Shown: positions 1-11,494 of the stretch, piece after piece
How the letters are laid out: every line of letters begins with the position of its first letter
Position numbering within the stretch: the stretch's first letter is position 1
Virus genome (UHGV): UHGV-1357485
Length of the DNA stretch: 41,494 nucleotides
Direction: 5' to 3' (one strand)
DNA from: a virus
Position numbers and translations under genes: made by a program
The notes under the pieces: generated by a model
The model's database searches: none
Seen by the model: the letters and a program-made list of their open reading frames with translations, nothing else
Told to the model about the DNA's origin: nothing

Positions 1-1058
1 CCGCACGTTATCTGATTTCCTTCGTAAATGAAGTCGATAGCGCGGTACACATCGTCATACAGGCCTGTTTTCAACACACACCATTGCGGACCATTGGCGC
101 TTGAAGATGCGTCGTACACAAGTACATGGCGCGGAAGATGGATAATCAGCAACTCATGAGCATCAAATCGCAAAGATTCCATCACGCCATCAGCCAGTTC
201 ATCAGCAGTGTAGGAGCGTAGTATTTTCTCAATGCTCGCGCTGGCGATTGGTGATACCTGACCGGAGCCGATGATGTACACAGACGGCGCACCTGTTGCC
301 GGATTGCTGATAAACGCATAGGAATCAGCAAACGGCGTTTTGCAGTAAGTTCCGGCGATGCCTTTTTGCACCATCAGCGATGGCTGTGCGACATACAACG
401 CGGCACCAACAGTGGTTGCACCAGTGAGGGAAAAATATTCAATCGTCGATGAACCAAAGCAGACGATGAAATCTCGCCATGTGCCGATACCGATTATTCC
501 GTCAGGCTGTGATTCTGCCCGATATTGTGCGCTGTAGCGGTCAGGATGCGATTCGTCTTCAAGGTCAGTGATAAACCATGAATCGGTGCCGTCTTTTGAC
601 CACGCATAACGCCCACGTAATCGCGTAATGTCGCGGACTGAGCCTAACTCATACTGCGTGAATCCGCTGTCTGCAGGCCAGTTTGAGACGGTTTTAACCG
701 TGCCATCATAGCGATACTCGACCAGTTGACCATTAACGCCTACAGCCTGAGATGTCCGACCATGAGCCATTGATACGCGACCACTTCCGGAAACATCACC
801 GACTTCGCTTTCGCCCTTATACAGCTTGCCCCCACACACGCGATAAACAGCACTCTGCGCCATGTTGTACTCGACGCCGCGCGATACACCGTTCACATCA
901 GAGCGTTTGGCAATGCCCGGGAATGAGCGAAGATATCCGCTGCTGTTAAGGATTTCTTTGGGTGTAGCCAACATATTCACTGGCAGATAGTCGATATAGT
1001 CAGCGTTTCTAAAGTCTTTGCCGACACCTTTCATAAGCGGAAGTTGCTGAATAGGCAT
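1..1058 (-). CDS. P22 gp10-like head-completion/tail-hub protein, 5' portion (about 352 codons); gene continues at window end
   Basis: Minus-strand ORF, ATG at 1058 overlapping the gp4 stop, open to position 1 with 2 nt of a split codon left; sits in the P22 5-4-10-26 gene order. Confidence 0.7.
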   Translation of the reverse strand, partial: MPIQQLPLMKGVGKDFRNADYIDYLPVNMLATPKEILNSSGYLRSFPGIAKRSDVNGVSRGVEYNMAQSAVYRVCGGKLYKGESEVGDVSGSGRVSMAHGRTSQAVGVNGQLVEYRYDGTVKTVSNWPADSGFTQYELGSVRDITRLRGRYAWSKDGTDSWFITDLEDESHPDRYSAQYRAESQPDGIIGIGTWRDFIVCFGSSTIEYFSLTGATTVGAALYVAQPSLMVQKGIAGTYCKTPFADSYAFISNPATGAPSVYIIGSGQVSPIASASIEKILRSYTADELADGVMESLRFDAHELLIIHLPRHVLVYDASSSANGPQWCVLKTGLYDDVYRAIDFIYEGNQITC

Positions 1059-1558
1059 TATTCGCTCCCGTTATCGCAAGGTTCCTTTCGGTGGAAGTAA
1101 TTCCAACCATTCCACTTCGCCAACTGGTTACCACTACCAACAGGCATACGGTTTGGATAACCGGACTTACATTTAGCTTCTTTTGCCCTGTCCATTGCAG
1201 ACAGTTTGACGAGTCGCTCTTTCCCGTATCTGGCAGTGGTTATAAGTTTTGCAGACGCTTCCAGCGCATAATCTGGAGCAATTCGGCAGGCAAGGTTGAA
1301 AATGACGGCATTGATAGCGTTATTTGATAAACCGTGCTCATCGCCCGGATCCGGAGCAACATCTGCATCAGCAAAAATGTAACCAACGTTGATACCAGGT
1401 GACGCATCACCGCCAAGCCATTCAGCCATCATCATTTCAAGGTCGTTGACGCCGTCTTCCATAGACTGCGGTTCGACATCGGTTAACGTGGCATTTGATG
1501 CCACACCGAGCTTACGTAATGCCGCAAGAACTAAATCACCCTTCGTTGTCAGGTTCAT
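1058..1558 (-). CDS. P22 gp4-like head-tail adaptor protein (166 aa)
   Basis: ORF track; size and position between coat and gp10 as in P22. Confidence 0.65.
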   Translation of the reverse strand: MNLTTKGDLVLAALRKLGVASNATLTDVEPQSMEDGVNDLEMMMAEWLGGDASPGINVGYIFADADVAPDPGDEHGLSNNAINAVIFNLACRIAPDYALEASAKLITTARYGKERLVKLSAMDRAKEAKCKSGYPNRMPVGSGNQLAKWNGWNYFHRKEPCDNGSE

Positions 1559-1784
1559 CTGCTGCCGCCTTAGGTTTTCGACCAGGCTTTTTACGCTGTT
1601 TTTCTTCTGGCTCTAGCTCTGGCTCTGGCTCTGGCTCTGCAACATCCTTCAAAAGGTCATCAGGATGTGAAAACCAGCCAGCATCCAGATATTCCTGAAG
1701 CTCTTCGGCTTTCACGATTTCAAAGTCGTAGCCAACGCCTTTCCACTTCTTCATGTCGCCATGACGAAAGATCATGTGTGTCAT
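1536..1784 (-). CDS. small acidic protein with (Glu-Pro)n repeat tail
   Basis: ATG at 1784 preceded by GGAGA; contains [11 protein letters not shown] encoded by a hexanucleotide repeat; start uncertain (GTG at 1832 is the alternative). Confidence 0.4.
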   Translation of the reverse strand: MTHMIFRHGDMKKWKGVGYDFEIVKAEELQEYLDAGWFSHPDDLLKDVAEPEPEPELEPEEKQRKKPGRKPKAAADEPDNEG

Positions 1785-1796
1785 GCTTGTCTCCAG

Positions 1797-1820
1797 ATAA
1801 AAACGGGAGCCGAAGCTCCC
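1797..1820 (-). terminator. intrinsic terminator just after the coat gene
   Basis: GGGAGC-TTCG-GCTCCC hairpin followed by a T-run on the minus strand. Confidence 0.45.
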
Positions 1821-1828
1821 TCTGGTTA

Positions 1829-3124
1829 TCACGCGGTCTGGTTAGGCAGACCAACACCAATTGCCTCTGGCCGTACAGCACATGCTGAATACCACACAGC
1901 AATACGGCACTTACCAGACAGAGTATTGATATCACCCTGCGTTGCGAAGATGCCGTTAACACCAATACCAGGAATGCTGAAGGAAGACGTTTTCATGCCA
2001 GCAAACAGTTCATGGGTTACCGGAATCGGCTGAGACAGCAGGCGGATTGAGTCATCAGCCCAGAACACGTTAGCGGTGGTTGTTGCCACGTTCAGAACGT
2101 TTACCGTAGTGGAATCAGCAAGAGAGGTGTTTACGTTAGCGTAAGCCTTCTCTTCTTTTGTCAGTGAAGAGTCATCAAGCGCAATCGGCTTCGGCGTGAT
2201 TTCGATGTGAGTACTATCGATCACACGGGTGATTGAGAAAGTCGCATCATCAGTCAGCACATTCTTCGCCATCTGAGACAGGAATTTCACACCAGTGAAG
2301 CTGATTTTGTCGCCGCGCTTAAATCCGGTGGTGGAGGATACGGTCACCGTTGCAACACGGTTGTCGACGTTCTCTTTGTTACCATCGGTATCAAGGGTGT
2401 ATGCCTGCGGCTTAAACTTCTGCGCACCAGAAACTGTTACACCAGTAGCGGTTGACTTGGTAACAGCCGGAAGTTTCGGTGAGCGAAGAATTTCATCAAA
2501 GCCAGCAATCTGACGCTGAATGGTACCGTTGCGATACGCTTCTTCAGGAACGCGCCCGAAGATGTCACCATCTACCAGGTTGCGGCCTGCTTTGCGGTAA
2601 TCGTCAGGGTTCAGGAAGTAACTGATGCCCATATCGCGGTTTAGCTCACGGGAGAACATCAGGCGCTCTGCATCAGACACAAAATCCCAGCCAGACAGGC
2701 CAGTAGATGGACCAATTGCGCGGGTATCGTGAACAACAAGTGAGCCCATTTCGGTTGCCTGTTTGGCAATTGCTGACTCAATGTTATTCGCCAGTTTTTT
2801 GGCGGATGCCTGGATGCGGCGACGGTAAGAACGCTCATCACGCAGGTCATCTGCACGAAGCTCGAAGAAATCGTTATCCGGATCACCCATGTTGCATTTC
2901 ACGGAGAGTTCCAGAATCCCAGTAGCTTTGCCAGTTAAATCCCAGCCAGTCTGAGTTGGCGCTTCCTGCTCAACAGGCATCCACACGGTGTTGCTTGAAC
3001 GCTGCATGGATTCTGCCGGAGGGGTGTATTTTGTCACTTTGGACGCCATTGGCGTCAGGTTCTGGACGGTTTCGATGATTTCATCCAGAGCATACGTGAC
3101 CAGTTGACCTTCATTTAATGCCAT
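1829..3124 (-). CDS. major capsid (coat) protein, P22 gp5-like (431 aa)
   Basis: Begins MALNEGQ... and matches recalled P22 coat protein along its length; 430-431 aa. Confidence 0.9.
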   Translation of the reverse strand: MALNEGQLVTYALDEIIETVQNLTPMASKVTKYTPPAESMQRSSNTVWMPVEQEAPTQTGWDLTGKATGILELSVKCNMGDPDNDFFELRADDLRDERSYRRRIQASAKKLANNIESAIAKQATEMGSLVVHDTRAIGPSTGLSGWDFVSDAERLMFSRELNRDMGISYFLNPDDYRKAGRNLVDGDIFGRVPEEAYRNGTIQRQIAGFDEILRSPKLPAVTKSTATGVTVSGAQKFKPQAYTLDTDGNKENVDNRVATVTVSSTTGFKRGDKISFTGVKFLSQMAKNVLTDDATFSITRVIDSTHIEITPKPIALDDSSLTKEEKAYANVNTSLADSTTVNVLNVATTTANVFWADDSIRLLSQPIPVTHELFAGMKTSSFSIPGIGVNGIFATQGDINTLSGKCRIAVWYSACAVRPEAIGVGLPNQTA

Positions 3125-4035
3125 TATCGAATTCCTTTATTCAGTTGCGCCTTGAGCTTGCGGTACGTCTCTACATCCCCTTTGTTTGCTGCCGCTTCCA
3201 TCTGCTTTTCAATCGCAGAGATATTTGCAGCAACAGCGTGTCCCTGAATGGGTTCATCAGGTAGCGGGGCTTCTGAAACAGGTTTGGCTCGAGGCTTGAG
3301 AGTTAAACGTTCTGACAGTCGAGTGAGTTCAATCAGCGCGGATTGCCCGTCCATCGCCAGCAACTGGCGTGTTTTCTCAGGATTAGCACCAAGGTGATAC
3401 ATGAGTGCAGCGGATTTCTCCGGGAAGAGGCGCATGATGTCGGCACCGACTGCTGGCGGCACCAGTTGCATGAATGCGTCCTCTTTCTCCTGATAGTCAG
3501 GGATATTGAGCTTTTCCGCTGCGTCGTAGTGCTTACGGGCTGCCTCGACGTATTGCGCTGATTGCTGGGTGAACTCCTGAGTTTTGCGGCCCTGCTCGGC
3601 GACAGCCTGGCTTCGTGCGTCCATAGCCTTGATCTGCCATTCACTGTTTGCCTGCTGGAAGGCAGCCAGTGCGCGGCTCTGGTCATAGTCGTACTTAGCC
3701 AGTGCGTCTTCGGAAAGATAATCGTTAGGGTCTGGTTGTTTTGGTAACTCAGGGTTCACCCGCAGGTGCTCCGGCAACTCCCCTCGCTTAACCGCTTCCA
3801 TCTGCTGCTCAAGCTCACGCTGGCGTTTGCGTTCGATGCGGCGACGGGCAAATTCAGCATTAGTTGCCGGGTCTTGTTTTGGTTTCTCATCGTCTTTCAG
3901 GACAATCTCGAAGCCTTCTTCCTGACCTGCGTTGTCGTTGGCATTATCGACAACTAAGCCATCAGCAGATGCCGCTGCATGATTGCCGGGCAGGGTTAAT
4001 TCTTCAGAAGCCTGAATGTCGGTGGTTTGGTCCAT
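3124..4035 (-). CDS. scaffolding protein, P22 gp8-like (303 aa)
   Basis: Position between portal and coat; charged helical protein; same length as P22 gp8; stop/start overlap with coat gene. Confidence 0.75.
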   Translation of the reverse strand: MDQTTDIQASEELTLPGNHAAASADGLVVDNANDNAGQEEGFEIVLKDDEKPKQDPATNAEFARRRIERKRQRELEQQMEAVKRGELPEHLRVNPELPKQPDPNDYLSEDALAKYDYDQSRALAAFQQANSEWQIKAMDARSQAVAEQGRKTQEFTQQSAQYVEAARKHYDAAEKLNIPDYQEKEDAFMQLVPPAVGADIMRLFPEKSAALMYHLGANPEKTRQLLAMDGQSALIELTRLSERLTLKPRAKPVSEAPLPDEPIQGHAVAANISAIEKQMEAAANKGDVETYRKLKAQLNKGIR

Positions 4036-4048
4036 GATTAACTCTCTC

Positions 4049-6214
4049 TTATTGAGGTGTCTCGGCTACTCCGCCGGAGGGGATTTGAACTTGACGCATA
4101 AGATTCGCGAAATCCATGCGTTGTGAATGAGTCTGGTCTGCATCTTTAAGAAGCAGCTCAGCGTTAGCACGAGCGTCTTTGCTGCGCTGTTGCTGGAATT
4201 GACCTACGAGCTTGAGGTACTCACGCAGTTCTGCCTGCTTGTCGAGGTCCATATTGTTGAAGATTTCTGCAATCTTCGCGGCGTTGAGTTGGTTTTGGGC
4301 TTCAACCTTGGCGGCTTCAACCTGAATCTGCGCCTGTTGGTTCTCTGCCTTGAGCAATTCAGCCTGACCTTGCAGAAGGATACCCTGCGCCTGAATTTGC
4401 TCTGCTGATGGCTGCTGCGGCTGCTGTTGAGCCTGCTGTACCATCTCCATCTCTTCAGGTGTTTCTGGTTTCTTCAGCCCCATCATCACCAGTTGCTTGT
4501 TCGCGTACTCTCGCATCATCTCGACGCCTTTACCGTCAAGCAGCGTGAAGTATTGCAGCATCAGCATCTGGAACTCTGGAGTACCTTGTGGAACCTTGGT
4601 GAGTAACTCCTGAATCTCTGCGCGGTTCTGTTCCTTCATACTCTGGAAGGATGGTCCAACGTCTGTATAGCACTCATAGCGACCGCGAATGTCGTTGAGT
4701 GTGACCACATTGCCGGACTGGTAATCTACAACTTGCGCGTAGAGTTGAACGTCTTTCTCGCTTCCGTCTTCAAGAGTCAGCGTTACATGGCGAGGAACGT
4801 CATAAATATCGTTGACCATTGAGGCATAAATCTCGCCATCACGTCGCATTGCGGTAGCCAGGTTATCCTGAAACACGTATGTCTCAAGGTCTGCCCGCAT
4901 GTTCAGTTGATTGACGGTATCGAAAGCGACCTGACCATTTGCCGCCTGCGCATCCACGCCAAGACTAGCCACCTCTTTCACTGCGTTGGTGGCTGCCTCA
5001 AGCATGTAAGCGTTGGCTTGAGGCACTTCAGGGTTTTCCATGTAGGAGATTGGACCAATCGGAAGGTCGTTACCGTTTTCATCGGTCCTGTTCTGCAGAT
5101 AGTACGGATAGTCATCATTTCCACCGTACATGTATTCGTAGCCTTCGATTTGCTCAGGGAAGAAGGTCGGTTTCTTCTTCGGTGAACGAGCAACAATATC
5201 GGCGTTGAACGACATGATCATGTTACGAAGGCGTTGACCATCTTTCGTCAGCCTTACCACTCCTTCGTAGCACTCCTTGTCACCAGCGAATGACCATTCG
5301 CCATACACTGGAACGATTGGAATATGCTCTCCGGCTATCTTCTCGCGGTCTTTCAGTATCTGCGTGCAAGTGATGATCGACTTATACACACGCCGACGCT
5401 TCACCTTGCGCTCTGCTACCTTAATGAATCCACGATTAGCCAGGTCGTCGATAACGTCTTTAATATCCTGCTGGTAATAGCTGACCGGCTCACCTGTCAG
5501 CGGGTCGCGGTAGATGAAAACTTTCTCTTTCTTCTCTTCTACCTCGTAATACTCAGCGACGTAGACGACATCATTCGATACCCACGGAAACAGCCATGTA
5601 TCGTTCGGATTCTGGAAAGATGGCAGGGTGTCAGGATCAATACCGTAATCCTCTGCGAACTCTTTCCATCCATTGCGTGACAAAGCGTTAATCACCGTGC
5701 AGTGCTTAGCGTCGCTCTTATCCATCTGCTTGCTGTTGGCGTCCCATATGACGTGTGAGCAGGCTTCATGGATTGGCAGGCGTCTGATTACCTGGTTGTT
5801 GCTTGTTGGATCGTTGTCTTCGTACTGTGTGACCAGACGCCATGCACCAACGCCGGACTCTATCTGCTCACGAACGCCAACGTTAACGGCAATTTTTGCC
5901 GTGTTATGGCGCATATCGGTACGATACATTCCCATCAACACATCGGCAGCATCAGGATTAGCTCCGTCTTTTGGTCTGAAGAGAACGTCGATAGGGTTAC
6001 GGCGCATCTCTGCGACCAGCTTCCTGACCACCGGGCGAACAACATCGAATTGTCCGCGATATTGCAGGGTAGTGTAGTTTGATAGCCAGTCATCCCATTG
6101 CGACACTCGGCTAAAATACAGGTCATTTGTCGCCTCGGTTCTGGCTTCATCGCTCGCCATCCAGTCCGCGTCAAACTTACACAGAATGGAATTGAGTCTG
6201 TTTTCGTCGGCCAT
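4049..6214 (-). CDS. portal protein, P22 gp1-like (721 aa)
   Basis: Size and position after terminase; Q-rich C-terminal helical barrel region typical of P22 portal. Confidence 0.85.
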   Translation of the reverse strand: MADENRLNSILCKFDADWMASDEARTEATNDLYFSRVSQWDDWLSNYTTLQYRGQFDVVRPVVRKLVAEMRRNPIDVLFRPKDGANPDAADVLMGMYRTDMRHNTAKIAVNVGVREQIESGVGAWRLVTQYEDNDPTSNNQVIRRLPIHEACSHVIWDANSKQMDKSDAKHCTVINALSRNGWKEFAEDYGIDPDTLPSFQNPNDTWLFPWVSNDVVYVAEYYEVEEKKEKVFIYRDPLTGEPVSYYQQDIKDVIDDLANRGFIKVAERKVKRRRVYKSIITCTQILKDREKIAGEHIPIVPVYGEWSFAGDKECYEGVVRLTKDGQRLRNMIMSFNADIVARSPKKKPTFFPEQIEGYEYMYGGNDDYPYYLQNRTDENGNDLPIGPISYMENPEVPQANAYMLEAATNAVKEVASLGVDAQAANGQVAFDTVNQLNMRADLETYVFQDNLATAMRRDGEIYASMVNDIYDVPRHVTLTLEDGSEKDVQLYAQVVDYQSGNVVTLNDIRGRYECYTDVGPSFQSMKEQNRAEIQELLTKVPQGTPEFQMLMLQYFTLLDGKGVEMMREYANKQLVMMGLKKPETPEEMEMVQQAQQQPQQPSAEQIQAQGILLQGQAELLKAENQQAQIQVEAAKVEAQNQLNAAKIAEIFNNMDLDKQAELREYLKLVGQFQQQRSKDARANAELLLKDADQTHSQRMDFANLMRQVQIPSGGVAETPQ

Positions 6215-7714
6215 TTAAGTTCTCCGTGCGATGGGCCTGATTGGGGCTGGTATCTTTTTCTCTTTTGGTTTTTTGATGTCGCGCATCATTTTGGCGAAGC
6301 GGCGCATCATGTATGCATAGCGAACGGCGGATAGCACGTCGTCGTTAAGCTTGACGATCTTCCCGTTTTCATCACGGTGATAGAGGCGGAACTCCTCAAA
6401 GAATGGCTCACAGGTGTTGAATACTTTGAAGCGACCATCAAGCATCATGTCGCGCAATTCAGTGATTCCAGGCTCCACAGCGTTACCGCCATCAGGCCAT
6501 GTCGCATGCTCCTGCAACATCATAAAACCAGCGTCCGCGTACTGCCCTTTGAGCTGCTCACCGCCGCCCTTCTCATGCTGGTTTCCGTCATGAGGCCATG
6601 CGGTTGGCACTTTATGCGCCCATGATTTAACAGCTCCCCATGCCTGAACAGCTGTTTTTTCTTTCGCCTTCCACACGCGTGAAACGTAGATTGTGTCTGC
6701 GTCCTTATCCCACCAAAGCTGAACCTGCGCCTGTGGGTGATCCCATCCGAAATCCATCCCACCAATTACGTAGAAGTGATCAGGACACTCGAACGGCTGA
6801 CACTTAATAGTCTCTTCCGGTATCTGGAAGATTCGACCGCTACCCATCGTAGGAATACCGCGAGCACGCGCCTCTCTCTCATGCTCGGGATAGGATGCGA
6901 TGATTTGCTCTTTCTGCTCGTCGGTGTAGTGCTCAGCGTCATAGATGGTCATGTTGACCACTTTCTGCGACTTGCTGGGATTCTTCAGGAACTTGGTAAC
7001 AACGTCAGACATCCCCATCAGCGGGGTAAACGTCAGAATTGAGAATTGCCCGTATTTGTTGGTACGGGTAAGGCCTTCGCCATAAATGCTGTATGGTGGC
7101 TCTTCGTCAAACCACACGCCGTGGATTGTGTCACCCTGCCAGCGAGCGCGACCTTGCGAGTATGGTTTGAAGTAGCAGATTGAAATGCCATCTTCAACGC
7201 CATCAGCCGTGTGATGCTTAACCAGAAGATGATCAACAAGGTTCGGAAAGAAAGGAGACTTCTTCCAGCTAATGATGTCTTCTTTAGGTATGGAACCGTA
7301 GCCTGGCTCATCATTCTCTTCGATACGACCACACAGGATGCGTTGAGTCGTTTTGGTTACAGTCTCGTTTGTCTCGCCGCCAATCCAGAAGACAACAGGC
7401 TCATAGAAACGCTTACCTTTCCACTCCCCACCATATTTACCATCAGCCGGATAGCCTTTTGTTCCCGGATAACGCCCGGTAAGGTGAAACGCGACTTCAG
7501 CAGCCCCAGTAAATGACTTACCAAGCTGGTTACCAGCCATAAAACAGCGCTCTGGATAGTCATGCCCGGCATCGATGAACTCACGCTGTTTGCTGTATGG
7601 CGTAAATTCATATAGCAGGTGTGTGTTCCGGTAGTTCTCTTCTTCTTCGAGTAGCTCGAGCAACTCGATTTGCTCTTCGTCGCTCAGGTTATCAAGAATC
7701 GCGTCCAGTTCCAC
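6215..7714 (-). CDS. terminase large subunit, P22 gp2-like (499 aa)
   Basis: 499 aa as in P22 gp2; immediately upstream of portal; overlaps small terminase. Confidence 0.85.
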   Translation of the reverse strand: MELDAILDNLSDEEQIELLELLEEEENYRNTHLLYEFTPYSKQREFIDAGHDYPERCFMAGNQLGKSFTGAAEVAFHLTGRYPGTKGYPADGKYGGEWKGKRFYEPVVFWIGGETNETVTKTTQRILCGRIEENDEPGYGSIPKEDIISWKKSPFFPNLVDHLLVKHHTADGVEDGISICYFKPYSQGRARWQGDTIHGVWFDEEPPYSIYGEGLTRTNKYGQFSILTFTPLMGMSDVVTKFLKNPSKSQKVVNMTIYDAEHYTDEQKEQIIASYPEHEREARARGIPTMGSGRIFQIPEETIKCQPFECPDHFYVIGGMDFGWDHPQAQVQLWWDKDADTIYVSRVWKAKEKTAVQAWGAVKSWAHKVPTAWPHDGNQHEKGGGEQLKGQYADAGFMMLQEHATWPDGGNAVEPGITELRDMMLDGRFKVFNTCEPFFEEFRLYHRDENGKIVKLNDDVLSAVRYAYMMRRFAKMMRDIKKPKEKKIPAPIRPIARRT

Positions 7715-8180
7715 GGTTGAATAGCTCCTTGATACGAGAGCGCCGCTTATCGCGATCTCCCTTATCAGGTGTCACGTCTTCAACTTGCGACTGCTCTTTG
7801 AGGCCCAAATCACGGGCGATGATGTTAGCGTTGAGAAGGTCAGCGGCTGCGCCAGAGAATTTCTGGTCGTAGATGATGTCTTCCGCTCGTGATGTGACGT
7901 CAGAAAAACCTTCCATTGACCGGAAGGTTCCCCATGTTTGCCTGGTGATATCAAGGAAGGTACACAATCCTGAAATAGTCATGGCTCGCATCTTAGGGAC
8001 ATTAGCCTTAATTATTTCTCCCTGATATGAAAATACCTTACCCTCCCATAGCGGGTTATCATCAGCCCACTCGAAGTATTCACAACAAGCAGCCCACAGC
8101 GCCTCAGGCGATTCGAATTTAGGGTTTCGCCCATGACTACTGCGGGCCTCCCAGAATCGGTTGCCCTTTGGTGCTGCCAT
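7692..8180 (-). CDS. terminase small subunit, P22 gp3-like (162 aa from ATG 8180)
   Basis: [20 protein letters not shown]... N-terminus as recalled for P22 gp3; track ORF begins two codons earlier. Confidence 0.75.
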   Translation of the reverse strand: MAAPKGNRFWEARSSHGRNPKFESPEALWAACCEYFEWADDNPLWEGKVFSYQGEIIKANVPKMRAMTISGLCTFLDITRQTWGTFRSMEGFSDVTSRAEDIIYDQKFSGAAADLLNANIIARDLGLKEQSQVEDVTPDKGDRDKRRSRIKELFNRGTGRDS

Positions 8181-8215
8181 ATTCATCTCACTTAATCGTT
8201 ATTTCAGGTTGAGCA

Positions 8216-8470
8216 TCATGCTCCGGTGGTGAACAGGTCTAACGCTTCCTTCGATTTACGCACCGCTTCAAATGTGCGGATCGTGATATCTGAATTAGCG
8301 CCACCTGACTGGAAGTGAATTTTGAATAGCTCAAGCTTCAGTTCGTCAGTGCCAATGAATTGAAATGCTTCTTCTGCGGCTGCGTTCTGGTTCATGACCA
8401 GTTTGTAAATCTCTAACTGGAATTTCTGTTCTTCAGTCATGGGAATAATCTCTGCCATTGTTGGCTCCAT
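8216..8470 (-). CDS. hypothetical late-operon protein (84 aa)
   Basis: ORF track only; start uncertain. Confidence 0.35.
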   Translation of the reverse strand: MEPTMAEIIPMTEEQKFQLEIYKLVMNQNAAAEEAFQFIGTDELKLELFKIHFQSGGANSDITIRTFEAVRKSKEALDLFTTGA

Positions 8471-8752
8471 TTATCCGTTAAAAGGGATATCAGTTAAGTT
8501 ATCCCGTGTAGGGTATAAGCCATTGTCGAGACCACTCATTGAATGGCCTCTGCAATAACCGATGTCTTTCCATCAGTCCGCCACCACAAAGAATCTTTTT
8601 TGCCATAAGGCTGGAGGTTCATCTTTCAGTGGCTGCCAGTGTTATTTCCCCACTTACTGGCTTGGGTTGTTTCGCTGTACTGCCGTAACTGGTTACCAAG
8701 AATAAATTTTGGTTTCATTATCAAGCCCATCCGTAGATAGGCTTTGTAATGG

Positions 8753-9016
8753 CTACTTCACTTTTGCTTTTGCTTCCGCTCGCTTACGCCGGCGCTCTTC
8801 TTTCCTCTCGGCTTTTGCCATGTCCATGAATGCCTGCATGATCGAGTTCCGCATCATGTAGCTAACAAAGTGATGATTGACACAGCCGTTGAGGCGCAGC
8901 TGCTCGCCAAACTCATCCACCGAGGCCAATGCTTCCATCATGCCCTTCTCGCCTTTCATGAACTCTGAGAAGTCGCGCCCCGCTCTGGAGGCGCATTCAA
9001 TGACACGATCACTCAT
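8753..9016 (-). CDS. hypothetical protein (87 aa), translationally coupled to the KilA-N gene
   Basis: ATG overlaps the stop of the upstream KilA-N ORF; basic C-terminus. Confidence 0.4.
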   Translation of the reverse strand: MSDRVIECASRAGRDFSEFMKGEKGMMEALASVDEFGEQLRLNGCVNHHFVSYMMRNSIMQAFMDMAKAERKEERRRKRAEAKAKVK

Positions 9017-9510
9017 CCCGGAAGCCCGGGGATCGTAATCTGCAGCTGGTTAGCCAGGGAGTTAATCTCAGCGACCAACACTGGCTTCGTATAGCGCCAT
9101 GCCGCCAGCCCTTGTCCGCAGAAGCTCGCCATGTCTTTCTTCTGGTCAAACTCATGACATTTCATGTTGAGCTGCGCACTTAAGCTGTTGCGATGCTGAA
9201 GTTCTCCGGTGAAGTAGTCATCGAGGACTTTATAGGCCGCGTACTTGAACCCGGGGTTTAACCAAGCCGCATAATCGTAAGCAACAAACTTCCCGCCATA
9301 TGTTCCACCGTGTACACCGCGCTCAGTAAAAACCACAGATTCGTGGTTTTTCTCCAGCTCGGCTAAGAACTCTTTGGTCTGCTTGTTTCGCAGGTAGTGG
9401 TAAGGCGATTCAGATTCACTTTTACCACTGGCTTTCCACATATCAGTGAGGCAGATCATGCCATCTTCACCGATACGAATTGGTTTATTGAAGAGGGTTA
9501 ATGATTTCAT
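9013..9510 (-). CDS. KilA-N domain protein (165 aa)
   Basis: N-terminal region resembles the KilA-N DNA-binding domain. Confidence 0.55.
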   Translation of the reverse strand: MKSLTLFNKPIRIGEDGMICLTDMWKASGKSESESPYHYLRNKQTKEFLAELEKNHESVVFTERGVHGGTYGGKFVAYDYAAWLNPGFKYAAYKVLDDYFTGELQHRNSLSAQLNMKCHEFDQKKDMASFCGQGLAAWRYTKPVLVAEINSLANQLQITIPGLPG

Positions 9511-9655
9511 AGCGTGTACCTACTCTTTGAAATGAACCTTTGCCGCACAGGAAACCAGCCCACCGAGGCTCGCCAGCACTAACTGGTATCCTCAAAGGCC
9601 CATTCCAAAGGGGCAGGTTCGGTGTAAAAAACATGCGTTGCGGTACGCATTTATT

Positions 9656-9679
9656 GCAAAAAGCCCCGCATCGCGAGGC
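9656..9679 (-). terminator. intrinsic terminator downstream of the lysis cassette
   Basis: GC-rich hairpin followed by a T-run on the minus strand. Confidence 0.45.
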
Positions 9680-9711
9680 TCATTAAATTGACTTTGTGAT
9701 TTGAAAAATAA

Positions 9712-10149
9712 TTATTTCATGCATTGCGTCCTGATGTACTCCTGCAGGTAGTTAACCTGCGCGGTTATCTTGTCGATTCCACTTCGGAGACGGTAATAAT
9801 TGAGTTCAGCATCTGCTGTAAGTCTTGGGCTTTCTCCATCGCCCATGCTGCTGGCTCCGGTCGTTGACTTTGCACAGGTGGCGGCGACTTGCAGGCGCTT
9901 ACGACCAGCAGAAACATCAGCACGGAGACTTTCGATAGTCGCGTTAGCATCAGCAAGCTCCTTTGTGTATCTGGCGTCGAGTTCTGCTACATCACGTTGA
10001 CGCTTCTGCATGTCAGCGATGATGTACGTGGCTTTATCGCGCTGTTCTTTATAGGCGATGGCGTTATCACGGTAATGATTAACAGCCCACGACAGGCAGA
10101 CGATAATGCAGATAACCAGAGCGGAGATAATCGCGGTTACTCTGCTCAT
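9712..10149 (-). CDS. Rz: i-spanin Rz (145 aa from ATG 10149)
   Basis: [31 protein letters not shown]... near-identical to recalled lambda Rz N-terminus; start overlaps endolysin stop. Confidence 0.85.
   Translation of the reverse strand: MSRVTAIISALVICIIVCLSWAVNHYRDNAIAYKEQRDKATYIIADMQKRQRDVAELDARYTKELADANATIESLRADVSAGRKRLQVAATCAKSTTGASSMGDGESPRLTADAELNYYRLRSGIDKITAQVNYLQEYIRTQCMK
9765..9956 (-). CDS. Rz1: o-spanin Rz1 lipoprotein embedded in +1 frame of Rz
   Basis: Embedded ORF with lipobox (LLVVSAC) and Pro-rich mature region. Confidence 0.65.
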   Translation of the reverse strand: MLMLTRLSKVSVLMFLLVVSACKSPPPVQSQRPEPAAWAMEKAQDLQQMLNSIITVSEVESTR

Positions 10150-10649
10150 TGTTGCCCCCACAAACAGACTTCACGCTCAATCTCACGGCGAGTCATCAGC
10201 CCTTTCCATTGCTTACCGCCAGCATATGTCCAGCGACGCAGCTGATCACATGCGCCTTTGATATCGCCCTGGTTTATTTTGCGAAGAAGCGTCGATGTTC
10301 TGAAATTGCCAGCACCCACGTTGTAAACGAATGAGTAAAGAGCGCCGCGCGTTGTTTCCGGTATATCGACTTTGATGTACGGGTTAATTTGTCTGGCGAC
10401 AGTGGCAAGGTCTTTATTCAGAAGGGCTTTGCATTCTGCTTCGGTATACGTTTTACCGAGCATGATGTCTTTTCCGGTATGTCCGTGACATACAGTCCAT
10501 ACACCAACAATATCTTTGTATGGTATGTAGCTGACACCTTCCAGGCCATCGTTACCACTTGGTCCAGTGATTAACACAGATGCTATAGCAATAGCCCCGC
10601 CACTTATCGCCGCTATTACGCTATTTCGTAGTGCCGGTGACATTGCCAT
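10146..10649 (-). CDS. SAR endolysin (phage-21 R-type lysozyme, 167 aa)
   Basis: Gly/Ala-rich weakly hydrophobic N-terminal signal-anchor, then a T4-lysozyme-like catalytic region. Confidence 0.8.
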   Translation of the reverse strand: MAMSPALRNSVIAAISGGAIAIASVLITGPSGNDGLEGVSYIPYKDIVGVWTVCHGHTGKDIMLGKTYTEAECKALLNKDLATVARQINPYIKVDIPETTRGALYSFVYNVGAGNFRTSTLLRKINQGDIKGACDQLRRWTYAGGKQWKGLMTRREIEREVCLWGQQ

Positions 10650-10824
10650 TCAATCTGTCCTCGCGCTCTTTGCGCTTGTAGTACCAGTTGATGCAAAATG
10701 TGCCGACAGTACAAAGAATACCAATGATGACAGCCCAGTCATTCAGGGAGAGAATGCCACCCATCGCAGTCAGTCCTCCGAAGCTGTAACTGAACCATTC
10801 TCTGATTTTGTCCATACGGTACAT
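10621..10824 (-). CDS. class II holin (pinholin-like, 67 aa)
   Basis: Two predicted TM segments, dual Met start (MYRM), charged C-terminus; overlaps the SAR endolysin start. Confidence 0.7.
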   Translation of the reverse strand: MYRMDKIREWFSYSFGGLTAMGGILSLNDWAVIIGILCTVGTFCINWYYKRKEREDRLNGNVTGTTK

Positions 10825-11222
10825 GCTCTACCCCTTCATTGAGGGGATTTGCTCTATTTAATTAGGAATAAGGTCGGTTACTGGTAGAACAAATCCAGGC
10901 TACTGTGTTTAGTAATCAGATTTGTTCGTGACCGATATGCACGGGCAAAACGGCAGGAGGTTGTTAGCGCAGCCTCTTGCCACCCGCTTTCACGAAGGTC
11001 ATGTGTAGAAGGCCGCAGCGTAACTATCACTGATGAGTTCAGAATAGCCAGTGGCTACGGATCAGTTTGGGTTGTGCTGTTGCTGGGCGGCGATGACGCC
11101 TGTACGCATTTGGTGATCCGGTTCTGCTTCCGGTATTCGCTTAATTCAGCACAACGGAAAGAGCACTCGGTGCATTTAAGCCAAGCCCCATAAGGGAGAA
11201 TGCTCTTACCTGTTACACAGAT

Positions 11223-11283
11223 ATAAAAAATCCCGAAACCGTTATGCAGGCTCTAACTATTACCTGCGAACTGTTTCGGGATT
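11223..11283 (-). terminator. tR'-like terminator
   Basis: AATCCCGAAAC...GTTTCGGGATT inverted repeat followed by TTTTTTAT on the minus strand. Confidence 0.6.
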
Positions 11284-11417
11284 GCATTTTGCAGACCTCT
11301 CAGCCTGCGATGGTTGGAGTTCCAGACGATACGTCGAAGTGACCAACTAGGCGGAATCGGTAGTAAGCGCCGCCTCTTTTTATCTCACTACCACAACGAG
11401 CGAATTAACCCATCGTT
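11223..11417 (-). ncRNA. late leader / 6S-type RNA between pR' and tR'
   Basis: About 195 nt between the pR'-like promoter and the tR' hairpin; resembles recalled lambda sequence. Confidence 0.5.
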
Positions 11418-11423
11418 GGGTCA

Positions 11424-11452
11424 AATTTACCCAACTTTATTCAAAAAGTCAA
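11424..11452 (-). promoter_or_regulatory. late promoter pR'-like (-35 TTGACT, 17 bp spacer, -10 TAAATT)
   Basis: Sigma-70-like hexamers on the minus strand immediately downstream of Q. Confidence 0.5.
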
Positions 11453-11494
11453 TATCATGCCGTTAATATGTTGCCATCCGTGGCAATCATGCTG

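Noticed and set aside
1091-1698. Plus-strand ORFs overlapping gp4 and the small EP-repeat gene
   Set aside because: Antisense to late-operon genes with consistent operon organisation; no start signals.
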